In this document: positions 1 to 8,819 of the stretch, piece after piece
Layout of the letters: every line of letters begins with the position of its first letter
Position numbering within the stretch: position 1 is the first letter of the stretch
DNA from: an uncultured bacterium
GTDB lineage: Bacteria; JAUVQV01; CAWCAY01
Direction of reading: 5' to 3'
Assembly (NCBI GenBank): GCA_963793725.1
Contig: CAWCAY010000004.1
Span: 113,295-177,294, forward strand
Length of the DNA stretch: 64,000 nt
Notes under the pieces: generated by a model
What the model saw: the letters and a program-made list of their open reading frames with translations, nothing else
The model's database searches: none
What the model was told of the DNA's origin: nothing
Translations under genes and position numbers: made by a program

Positions 1-386
1 GTGACCGAGTCGCCCAGAATCGCGATCCGGTAAGTCTTCGTGTCCTTGTTGCGAATGAAGTCGGTGTCGCGGAATCCTGCGTTGTTCATGAAGTAGTCTA
101 TCTTCATCACGGCACCCGGAAGTCTGTGAAGAGTCGCCCAAGTTGTATTGGGTCGATAACGGTAGGTCGTCGGCAAGGACCTCTCCTCGATTCGGTTCGC
201 GACGACAAGGGGTATCTGGTATGCCGCCTGGTCCTGGCCAAAATAAAGGGGCGATTCCCCACTCACGACATCGGCAGTCTGGAACTTGCGAAAGGCCGTC
301 TCGACTGCGGCAAGAGTGGTCAGGGTGGAAAGGGCTACCAGCGCGATCCTGACGATGATCTCCCGCAGCCCACCGGGAGGTGGCAT
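1..386 (-). CDS. SGNH/GDSL hydrolase-family membrane-anchored protein, C-terminus beyond window edge
   Basis: Not in the ORF track; translated by hand from ATG at 386: MPPPGGLREIIVRIALVALSTLTTLAAVETAFRK...MNNAGFRDTDFIRNKDTKTYRIAILGDSVT. N-terminal hydrophobic anchor, N-x-x-GFR-D motif and LGDS block I are typical of this family. Confidence 0.8.
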   Translation of the reverse strand, partial: MPPPGGLREIIVRIALVALSTLTTLAAVETAFRKFQTADVVSGESPLYFGQDQAAYQIPLVVANRIEERSLPTTYRYRPNTTWATLHRLPGAVMKIDYFMNNAGFRDTDFIRNKDTKTYRIAILGDSV

Positions 387-636
387 AGTTCCTCCGGGTG
401 GCCGCGCAGGGCAAGAGAGTCGTTCGTCCATTCTAGTCAGGGGATGAACATGAGGTTTATTGCGCAGCATAGCACTCCGAGCGGATTGACGGAATAGCAA
501 CTGGCGGACCATGCAAAGTCGCGGAAGAACAACATGCTGTAGGCGCAGCGGAGCGAGAACGGTGACAATTTGGAGACAATCGAAAGTCTTGCACCGTGAA
601 CCGAACGAGTGAAAATCCGCAAGTCCTTGATTTTGC

Positions 637-724
637 TGGTGCCGGAGGCGGGGGTCGAACCCGCACGGGGCATAGCCCCAAGGGATTTTAAGTCCCTTGC
701 GTCTGCCAGTTCCGCCACTCCGGC
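637..724 (-). tRNA. tRNA-Leu (anticodon UAA), CCA encoded
   Basis: Reverse complement GCCGGAGTGGCGGAACTGGCAGACGCAAGGGACTTAAAATCCCTTGGGGCTATGCCCCGTGCGGGTTCGACCCCCGCCTCCGGCACCA: acceptor stem, D loop, anticodon loop CTTAAAA, long variable arm, GTTCGA T loop, CCA. Confidence 0.97.
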
Positions 725-842
725 GTCCTTTCTTGGCCCGCCCCCATGATACGGCCCGGACCCCGTTCCGACAATCCCATTTGCGCCGGCGCCCGGAGGG
801 TGTAGAATCTTCGGGCACTAAGTCCACGCAAGGGAGTGTGAC

Positions 843-2750
843 ATGAGCAAGCCGCAATTCGAGGACTTCATACTAGAGACCATCTCCAAGCTCGCCGGGG
901 CCCGCTTCAAGCAGGCCGAGGAGGAGATAAACCGGGCCGGGCAGGCCATCCTGGAAGAGCTGGCCACCGTCCGGGGCCGGCTGGACGGCATCATGCACAA
1001 GGGGTTGATCGACGAGGCCGTTTCCGAAATCTCCTGCCGGGTCGAGGAGCACGTCCGCAACCTCGAGACGGGTTTCGAGCGGAAGCTGGCCGAGGCGGTC
1101 GCCGCCAACGACGACGCCTGGCACTCCAAGCAGCTCCAGGCCGTGTCCGATACCGACGAGGCATGGCAGACCCGCCTCACCCGGTCGATCGAGTCGGCCG
1201 AGGAAGCGTGGCGCAAGAAGCTGGCCGACGGGGAGTCCTTCTGGCGGTCCAAGCTGGACGCGGCCGTGGCCGGCAGCAACGCCGAGTGGCAGCGCAAGGT
1301 CGATCAGGCCGCGGCGGAAGCCAACGAGTCGTGGCAGGCCCGCCTGCAGCAGTCCCTCGAGGCGGCCGACGAGTCGTGGAAGAGGAAGCTGGCCGATGCC
1401 GAGTCCTTCTGGCGGTCTAAGCTCGACGGGGCCCTCGCCGGGAACAGCACCGACTGGCAGCGGAAGCTCGACCAGGCCATCGCCAAGGGAGTCGCCCAGG
1501 CGGTGGCCGAGAACGACTCCGCCTGGAAAGCGAAGTACGACCGGGCCGTGACCGAGGCCGCGGAGGCCCGCGGGAAGGGCGCGCCGGCCGGGGTTCCGCC
1601 GAAACCTTCCGCGGCCGACCGGGTCCGGATCGAGGCTCTCGTCTCCGCCGGGCACGACATCATCGCCTCGTCCAACCAGACCGACATCCTGCTGCGCCTG
1701 CTCGGCGCGACCCGCCACTTCGCCGGCCGGATCGTCCTGTTCGTCCTCAAGGGCGATTCGCTGGGAGCCTGGAAGACCGAAGGGAAGGCCTGGGCGGCCG
1801 AGCGCCCGAATGTCAGCGCCATCTCGGTCGGGCGCACCTCCGACACCGCCGTGGCCGTCGCCCAGCACGACATGAAGGTCCTGCGGGAGGACCCCCGCGC
1901 CCGCGCCGGCAACCAGGCGCTGATGTCCGTGCTCGGCGGGGAGCTGCCCGACCTTGTGCTGGCCGCGCCGATCGTCGTGGCCGGCAAGTCGCCGGCGGTC
2001 CTGTACGCCGACCACCGGGCCTCCGACCCGGAGCCCATGGACATCGACACGATCCTCTACATGGTCTCGCTGGTGCAGCACCGGATCGAGACTCTCGGCC
2101 TGCTCCAGAAGCAGGGGCAGCGCGAGATCGCGCCCCCGGCGCCGCCTTCCCCGCCGAAGGCAGAGCCCAGGCCGGTGCCGCCGCCGACCCCGCCTCCTCC
2201 ACCACCGAAGCCCGCACCCGCGTCAACGCCGAAGCCGGCGCCCGCGTCACCTCCTCCGCCACCGCCTCCTCCGAAGGCCGAGCTCGCCCCCGCGAAGCCG
2301 CCGGTATCTCCGGCCACGGCCAGGTTCGGGCCGCCATCGAAGGCACCCGCGCCGCCCGCCGCCAAGCCGTTCGAGAAGGACACCTTCGACCTGGACGACC
2401 TGCTCGGCACGGGCCCGCCCAAGAAGGGCCCGCCGCCCGCCGCCCCGGCCCCGTCCGGGAAACCGGCCGCCGCCGCGCCCGTCGATCCCAAGAGGGCCGC
2501 CGCCGAACGCCTGGCACGCATCCTGGTGTCCGAGATCAAGCTCTACAACGAGACCGCTGTTGCCCAGGGGCGGAAGGGCGGGAACATCTACCAAATGCTG
2601 AAGCGGGACATCGACGTCAGCCGGGAACACTACGCTTCCAAGGTGGCTCCCGAGGTGGCCAAGGCGTCCGACCTGCTGCACGAGGAACTGGTGCGAACCC
2701 TCTGCCTCGGCGATCCGAAGCTCCTCGGCCCGGGGTACCCGGCCCCATGA
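843..2750 (+). CDS. Uncharacterised multidomain protein: Trp-periodic helical repeats, GAF-like domain, Pro-rich linker, conserved C-terminal helical domain
   Basis: 635 aa ORF with GGGAG upstream; repeats W-x-x-[KR]-L; GAF-like segment (LAAPIVVAGKSPAVLYAD); C-terminal RLARILVSEIKLYN...LKRDIDVSREHY. Confidence 0.75.
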   Translation: MSKPQFEDFILETISKLAGARFKQAEEEINRAGQAILEELATVRGRLDGIMHKGLIDEAVSEISCRVEEHVRNLETGFERKLAEAVAANDDAWHSKQLQAVSDTDEAWQTRLTRSIESAEEAWRKKLADGESFWRSKLDAAVAGSNAEWQRKVDQAAAEANESWQARLQQSLEAADESWKRKLADAESFWRSKLDGALAGNSTDWQRKLDQAIAKGVAQAVAENDSAWKAKYDRAVTEAAEARGKGAPAGVPPKPSAADRVRIEALVSAGHDIIASSNQTDILLRLLGATRHFAGRIVLFVLKGDSLGAWKTEGKAWAAERPNVSAISVGRTSDTAVAVAQHDMKVLREDPRARAGNQALMSVLGGELPDLVLAAPIVVAGKSPAVLYADHRASDPEPMDIDTILYMVSLVQHRIETLGLLQKQGQREIAPPAPPSPPKAEPRPVPPPTPPPPPPKPAPASTPKPAPASPPPPPPPPKAELAPAKPPVSPATARFGPPSKAPAPPAAKPFEKDTFDLDDLLGTGPPKKGPPPAAPAPSGKPAAAAPVDPKRAAAERLARILVSEIKLYNETAVAQGRKGGNIYQMLKRDIDVSREHYASKVAPEVAKASDLLHEELVRTLCLGDPKLLGPGYPAP

Positions 2751-2798
2751 AAGGCTGACCGCCCCCCGCGACGTGACCGAAGCGGCCGGGGGAGGGGC

Positions 2799-5553
2799 GT
2801 GATGTTCGACCCGTGGGGCGGCGGCCTCGAGCGGGCCGTCTTCATCACCGGCCACGCCGCCGGCGGCCCGGGCGAGGAGAACGCGCGCCTCTACGCCGTG
2901 TCGGCGGTTGAACTGGTCCCCGGCGGCGACCCCCGCGAGCACTCCTCCTTGGTCCGCTTCACCGGCTCGACCGAGCGCGAGTTCCACCGTTCCGGGATGA
3001 GCCGCGAGAAGCTCGCCTCGGCGCCGGGACGGGCGAAGGCCGAAGGATCGCTGCGGGAGTTCCTGGGCGACGCCCCGTTCGTCTTCGCCCTGGTCGACCA
3101 CGGCCCGGTCGACGAACTGGCCCGGATGACCGGCCGGCGCGTGATCGACCTGGCCTTCGCCGCCGAGTTCTTCTTCCCGGCCCTGCCGCTGTCGACCCCC
3201 AAGGCGCTCTGGGAGATGGTGCACGGCCGCCGTCGCGAGCGCTCCACGTTCCCGCCGGCCGAACTCTCCACGCTGGCCGTCGACGTCGCCCGGACCATCG
3301 TCGAGCGCTGCCTGGACGACAGCCGGGCGCCGGCCGCGCCGGTGCTGCGCCACTTCCTGGGGGCTAGCCGGACTCTCTTCGGCGACGCCTTCCTCGGGCT
3401 GGTCGACCGTTACCGCGACTTCTTCGGCGGCCTATTCACGCCGCGGGGCCGGCCAGACGATGCCGACTGGCGGTCGCACCTCGAGGTGGTCGCCGAGCGG
3501 CCACGGCGTCCCGACGAGGAGCCGATCGACGAGGTCAGGCCGGTCAGGCGCGAGGACCTGAAGGACCGCTTCAAGGCTCTGGCCGGAACGTTCCCGGGCT
3601 TCACCCTCCGCAAGGAGCAGCTCCACTACGCCGACCTGATCGCCGGGGCGTTCAGCGGCGGCCACCACCTGGTCATCGAGGCGGGAACCGGCACCGGCAA
3701 GACCTTCGGCTACCTGGTGCCGCTGCTCGAATTCCTGCAGCGCAACCCGTCGCTGCGGGCGGTCGTGTCGACCTACACCAAGAACCTCCAGGACCAGGTC
3801 CACGGCAACGAGCTGGCCCGGCTCCGGGCCGCCTTCCCGCTCTACCGCGACATCCCGGTGTCGCTGCTGAAGGGGAAGTCGAGCTACGTCTGCGCCGAGA
3901 AGCTGGCTGACGCCCTCGACGAGGGGATGGGCGGCCGTCGCCTGCTGGCCTGGCTCTACCTGCTGGAGGTGCTGATCGGCTACCGCACGGTCGAGGTCGG
4001 CTCGGCCGGCGAGCGCGTTCGGGCGGCGCTGGACGCCGACCGCTTCCTGACCCGCCTGTCGAACGACGTCTCGGCGCGCACCGGCTGCCGGTCCGATCAC
4101 GACCGTTGCCCCGCCCAGATGGTCCTGGGGGAGGCCGCGCGCGCCCGCCTGCTGGTCACCAACCACCACAAGCTGGCCCTGCTGGAGCGCGAGCCGGTGC
4201 TCAAGGGGCTGTTCAACCGGGTGGTCATCGACGAGGCCAACCACTTCGAGACCGCCGCGCGCTCGGCCCAGGCGCGGAGTGTCAGCTCGAGGGACCTGGC
4301 CGACCAGCTCGACTGGCTGGCGGCGCGGGTCCCGTCGCTGGGCCGGGCGGGCCTCGAGCGGGTCGCCCGCGCGGTCGAGTCGATCGGCCGGGCGGCCGAA
4401 ACGGCCCAGCGGGAGTTGGACCTCCTCGGCGGGGCGCTGCGGGCGCAGGCGGGCGAGTCGGGCGAGGAGGGGTGGATCGAGCCGTCCCACCCGGCGTTCA
4501 GGGATGGTGCGCTGGCGGCCCAGGCGGAGCCGTTGGGCAAGCTCCTGGCGTCCCTGGCCGAGGACCTGTCGCGCCTGGCCGCGGAGGAGGGGACGGCCGC
4601 CGAGCGCACCCGCCGCCGGCTCGGCCTGGCGTCCGAGGTGCTGGGCACGGCCGGGGAGGACCTGTCGGCCATGGCCGCCTCGGCCGGCGATGCCGGGTTC
4701 TTCATCGTGGCCCGCGCGTGGCAGCGCCACTGGGTGCTGACGCAGTCCCGGATCGACATGGCCCCCCACCTGGCGGCCACGCTGCTGCGGGAGAGGCGGT
4801 CGATCGTCTTCACGTCGGCCACGCTGGCCGCCGGCGGGTCGCTGCGGATCTTCTGCCGCACGCTCGGGATCGACCAGGCGGAGGCCGCGGAGGAGGGCGG
4901 CGGGGACGGGCACCCGTCGTGTCGCATGGCCATCATCCCGTCCCCGTTCCGGGACGTCGACCGACGGATCATCGTGCCGGCCGACGCCCCCTCGGGCGAT
5001 TTCCGCGGGCGGGAGGAGTGGCTGGCGTACGTCCGCGGGATCCTCCCCCGCCTGGTGGCCGCCAACCGCGGGGGCGTGCTGGTTCTCTTCGCCAGCCACC
5101 GCGACCTGCGCAGGACCGAGGCGGCGGTGGCCGACGGCCTGGCCGCGGCCGGCTTCCCGGTCCTCTCCCAGCGCCCGGGCGTGCCCACCTCGGAGCTCTC
5201 GGAGGAGTTCCGGGCGGTCCGCGAGAGCGTCCTCTTCGGCACCGAAACCTTCTGGCACGGGGTCGACTTCCGGGGCGAGACGCTGACCATGGTGGTCGTC
5301 ACCCGCATCCCCTTCCCGCACCCCGGGGAGCCCCTTCAGGTGGGCCGGCGGCGGGCGCTGTCCGACGGCGAGTACCTGGGAGCGCTACCGCTACGACACG
5401 GCCATCCGGCTGAAGCAGGGGATCGGCCGGCTGATCCGGGGGGAGGAGGACCGCGGCACGGTGGTCATCCTGGACAGCCGCTACCCGGGCTTCCAGCGGG
5501 TGCAGCGGCTCGGCCTGCCGGTCGACGGCGACGACCCCTTCGCCCGCCGCTGA
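2799..5553 (+). CDS. dinG: DinG/YoaA-family ATP-dependent DNA helicase with degenerate N-terminal exonuclease-like region; one apparent frameshift near 5378
   Basis: EAGTGTGKT Walker A, VIDEANH motif II, FTSATL, FWHGVDFRG. After a shift near 5378 the other frame reads AIRLKQGIGRLIRGEEDRGTVVILDSRY and ends at TGA 5551-5553. Confidence 0.88.
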
Positions 5554-5560
5554 GCGGGCA

Positions 5561-5566
5561 TATAAT
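5561..5566 (+). promoter_or_regulatory. Perfect -10 hexamer TATAAT, 6 nt before the EamA ATG (possible leaderless mRNA)
   Basis: TATAAT-GGCCGC-ATG; no Shine-Dalgarno in the gap. Confidence 0.5.
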
Positions 5567-5572
5567 GGCCGC

Positions 5573-6490
5573 ATGGCCACGAGTCCTCCTCGGCACTTCG
5601 CGGGCGGCCTGAAGCTCCTCCCACCGCTGGCGATCGTGGCGGCGTGGGGCCTGTCGTACGCCGCCATCCGCGCGGCCGTCCGGGAGATCCCCCCGTTCAC
5701 GCTGGCCTTCCTCCGCTTCCTGCTGGCCGCGCTCGTCGTCTGGCCGATCTACCGGAGGGGGGAGCGGCGTGCAATCATGCCCGGCGACCGGTGGGGGCTC
5801 CTGCTGCTCGGCCTGACCGGGGTGACCCTCTACTTCGCCTTCGAGAACACCGGCCTGCAGTACACCACCGCCTCGCACGGGGCGATGATCGCCGCCACCA
5901 TCCCGCTGTGCGTCGAACTTGCCGCGGCCCGGGCCAAGGGGCGCCGGCTCCCGCGACAGGCGCTGGCGGCGGCCCTGGTCGCCCTGGTGGGCGTCTTCAT
6001 CCTGGTCCGGCCGGGCTCCGGGGAGGGGGCCTCGCTCATCGGGGACCTGCTGATGTTCGGCGCGGTCGCCTCGTGGGTGGCCTACACCTTCCTGGCCGAG
6101 CGCGTCGCCGGCCGCTACCCCGGTTTCCAAGTGACCCACGTCATCCAACTGATCGGCGTGGCCAGTTTCCTGCCGGGCGCGCTGGTCGAGACGTTCCTTC
6201 GCCCCTGGCGCTGGCCGTCGGCGGCCGCGTGGGGCGGGGTGGCCTTCCTGGGCATCTTCTGCACGGCCATGGCCTACCACGTCTGGAACCGGGCCATCGC
6301 CGACCTGGGCGTGACCACCGCCTCGAACCTCCTCTACGGCGTGCCGGTGGTGGGCGTGCTCGGCGGGGTGGTGTTGCTCCACGAGCCGTTCACCCCGTCG
6401 CTGGCCCTGGGGTCGGCGCTGATCCTGGCCGGGGTGATCTGGGCCAACCGGGCCGCCCACTTCACCGGGGTCCATGGGGTCAGGTCTTGA
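5573..6490 (+). CDS. EamA/DMT family transporter
   Basis: 305 aa, about 10 hydrophobic segments, PPFTLAFLRF and GLQYTTAS motifs, two-repeat DMT architecture. Confidence 0.92.
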   Translation: MATSPPRHFAGGLKLLPPLAIVAAWGLSYAAIRAAVREIPPFTLAFLRFLLAALVVWPIYRRGERRAIMPGDRWGLLLLGLTGVTLYFAFENTGLQYTTASHGAMIAATIPLCVELAAARAKGRRLPRQALAAALVALVGVFILVRPGSGEGASLIGDLLMFGAVASWVAYTFLAERVAGRYPGFQVTHVIQLIGVASFLPGALVETFLRPWRWPSAAAWGGVAFLGIFCTAMAYHVWNRAIADLGVTTASNLLYGVPVVGVLGGVVLLHEPFTPSLALGSALILAGVIWANRAAHFTGVHGVRS

Positions 6491-6524
6491 AAGAAAGCAA
6501 TGTGTGTTTTCAAGACCTGACCCC
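6476..6524. repeat. Perfect 17-bp inverted repeat (REP-like palindrome / possible terminator)
   Basis: GGGGTCAGGTCTTGAAA (6476-6492), 15-nt loop, TTTCAAGACCTGACCCC (6508-6524); contains the EamA stop codon. Confidence 0.85.
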
Positions 6525-6530
6525 TCCTAC

Positions 6531-6560
6531 TTGACGGCCGCCCGGCGCGGGAGATAGGAT
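6531..6560 (+). promoter_or_regulatory. Putative sigma70 promoter for the membrane protein / CHASE2 cyclase genes
   Basis: TTGACG (6531-6536), 18 bp, TAGGAT (6555-6560). Confidence 0.4.
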
Positions 6561-6607
6561 CGGCCAGGCGGGCCATTTCCGGATGCGCCGGAGAAGGCCG
6601 CCGACAG

Positions 6608-6994
6608 ATGTCGCAACGGGGAGGCGGGAGCATGGCCCGAGTGGCGCGCGGCACGGTCGTCACGGTGGCGTTCTTCATCCTCGCCAGCTACTTCCTCTGG
6701 ATGGCCTGGCCGCTGCTTCCGATACTGTGCGTAATGATGCCGCTGAGCATGCTCATCCCCACCCGCGGGTGGACACGCGCGCGGGCCGTGTGGCTGACCG
6801 TGGGGGGGCTCCTGATGGCCACCTCGTCGGCCGGCATCGTCAGGTTCCGGTTGGTCACCGGGGAGCCATGGGCACGCTTCGCGATCATCATGGGCGCGGT
6901 GGTGGCCCTGGTCGCCGCGGCGGCGATCAGCGAGTGGCGCCGCCGGGACCCGGCCCCGCCCGCCCCCGCGGAGCCGTCCGGCGGGCCGGCCTGA
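6608..6994 (+). CDS. Small hypothetical membrane protein (about 4 TM; start may be ATG 6632)
   Basis: Hydrophobic ORF lying cleanly between EamA and the cyclase; GGAG before ATG 6632. Confidence 0.6.
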   Translation: MSQRGGGSMARVARGTVVTVAFFILASYFLWMAWPLLPILCVMMPLSMLIPTRGWTRARAVWLTVGGLLMATSSAGIVRFRLVTGEPWARFAIIMGAVVALVAAAAISEWRRRDPAPPAPAEPSGGPA

Positions 6995-7004
6995 GCCGCT
7001 CCCG

Positions 7005-8819
7005 ATGAGGAACAGGCGCTACCGCACCTTCATCACCGGCTACACCATCGCCGTCATCGTCCTGTCGGTCTTCTTCTGCTACACCCAGCCGAGCCTGCTG
7101 GAACGCATCGAGGAGCGGCTCTACGACCTTCGCTGCCGGGCGTTCCGGGGCACCACCACCCCTTCCGGGCGCATCGCCATCGTGGCCATCGACGACCGGA
7201 GCATCGCCGAGCTGGGGCGCTTCCCCTGGTCGAGGAGCGAGAACGCCCGGCTGGTCGACCAGGCGGCCAAGGCGGGCGCTCGGGCGGTGCTGTTCGACGT
7301 CGTCTTCCCCGAGTCGGAGTCGGCCGAGGCCGACGGGCGGTTCGCCGAGTCGATGCGCCGGTTCGGCAGGGTCACGCTGGCCACGGCCTTCGACGTGGCG
7401 CCCGACGGCAAGAGCCTGGTGAAGGTCGTCAACATCCCGGTTCTGGCCGGGGCTGCCCGGCGCGAGGCGCACATCAACATCCTGCCCGACGACGACGGCG
7501 TCCTGCGATGGAGCCGGCTGCTGGTCGAATACGAGGGGCGCTTCTTCCCGTCGATGGGGCTGGCCGCGGCCATGGACGCCCTGGGCGCGGACGACTTCAA
7601 GCCGGCCGGCTCGTCGGTGGTCGTCGGGCCGGTGACCGTGCCGACCACCTCCACCGGCTACCGCACCCGGTATCGCTACCTGATCACCTACAGCGGCGGG
7701 CCGGGGACCTTCAAGCGTTACTCGTTCGCCGACGTGGCCGCCGGCAGGCTGCCGCCGGGGGAGCTTGCCGGGAAGGTGCTGCTGGTCGGCTCGACCGCCC
7801 TGGCCGTCTACGACATGCGGGTCACCCCGTACTCGAACAACTCCCCCGGGGTGGAGGTCAACGCCAACGTTGCCGAGAGCATCCTCCAGCGCAACTTCAT
7901 CCAGCGGGGCACGGTCGAGGCGCTGATCGACCTGCTGGCCATCGTCGTGATCGCCATGGTGGTCGCCCTTTCGGCCGCCGGCCTGCGGGCGGGGGCCGCC
8001 TTCCCGATAGCCGTATCGATGATGGGGTTGTTCGCCGCCCTGGCCAGCGCCCTGTTCAGCCGGGGGATGTGGGTGTCGCTCGTCTACCCGCTCTTCGCCG
8101 GCGGCCTGGTGTACGCCGGGGTGTCCTACTTCCGCTTCATGCTGCTCGACCGCCGGGCGCGGGAGATCCGGACCATCTTCTCCAGCTATGTCTCCCGGAA
8201 GCTGGTCGAGCAACTGGTGGCCAATCCCGAACTGGCCCGGGTCGGCGGGGAGATCCGGGTGATCACCGTTGTATTCAGTGATGTCAAGAACTATACTTCG
8301 TACAGCGAGGGGCGCACGCCGCAGGAGGTAGTCAAGATACTCAACGAGTACCTGGCGGCAATGACCGCGGTCATCATGGACCATGACGGCACCCTCGACA
8401 AGTTCCTCGGGGACGGCATCCTGGCCTTCTGGGGGGCGCCCGTTCCGCAGGAGAAGCATGCCGAACTGGCTGTGCGCTGCGTGTTGGCCATGATCGAGCG
8501 GCTGGGCGAGCTGCAGAAGAAGTGGACCGCCGAGGGGAGCGAGCCATTGTCGTTCGGCGTCGGCATCAATACCGGCGAGGTGATCGTCGGCAACATCGGC
8601 GCCGAGGGGCTGAAGATGGAATACACGGTGATCGGCGACAACGTGAACCTAACCTACCGCATCCAGAACGAGAGCCGCGAGCACGACTGCCCGGCGATGA
8701 CCGAGTCGACATGGGAGCTGGTCAAGGACATTGTCGAAGCCGACCTGATCGGCCCGGTGACGGTCAAGGGGAAGACCAGGCCGGTGGTCATCTATGGACT
8801 GCGGGGGCTGAAACGATGA
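7005..8819 (+). CDS. CHASE2-domain class III adenylate cyclase
   Basis: CHASE2 (IAIVAIDDRSIAELGRFPWSR; PGVEVNAN), three TMs, cyclase motifs FSDVKNYTSYSE, DKFLGDGI, EYTVIGDNVNLTYR. K plus T/D specificity residues suggest ATP substrate. Confidence 0.93.
   Translation: MRNRRYRTFITGYTIAVIVLSVFFCYTQPSLLERIEERLYDLRCRAFRGTTTPSGRIAIVAIDDRSIAELGRFPWSRSENARLVDQAAKAGARAVLFDVVFPESESAEADGRFAESMRRFGRVTLATAFDVAPDGKSLVKVVNIPVLAGAARREAHINILPDDDGVLRWSRLLVEYEGRFFPSMGLAAAMDALGADDFKPAGSSVVVGPVTVPTTSTGYRTRYRYLITYSGGPGTFKRYSFADVAAGRLPPGELAGKVLLVGSTALAVYDMRVTPYSNNSPGVEVNANVAESILQRNFIQRGTVEALIDLLAIVVIAMVVALSAAGLRAGAAFPIAVSMMGLFAALASALFSRGMWVSLVYPLFAGGLVYAGVSYFRFMLLDRRAREIRTIFSSYVSRKLVEQLVANPELARVGGEIRVITVVFSDVKNYTSYSEGRTPQEVVKILNEYLAAMTAVIMDHDGTLDKFLGDGILAFWGAPVPQEKHAELAVRCVLAMIERLGELQKKWTAEGSEPLSFGVGINTGEVIVGNIGAEGLKMEYTVIGDNVNLTYRIQNESREHDCPAMTESTWELVKDIVEADLIGPVTVKGKTRPVVIYGLRGLKR

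Noticed and set aside
126-718. Short ORFs 126-497, 143-352, 437-718, 457-681
   Set aside because: They overlap the minus-strand SGNH gene or the tRNA and lack coding features.
2130-2480. CCG/CCT-rich repetitive DNA
   Set aside because: Explained by the Pro/Ala-rich protein linker; not an independent repeat.
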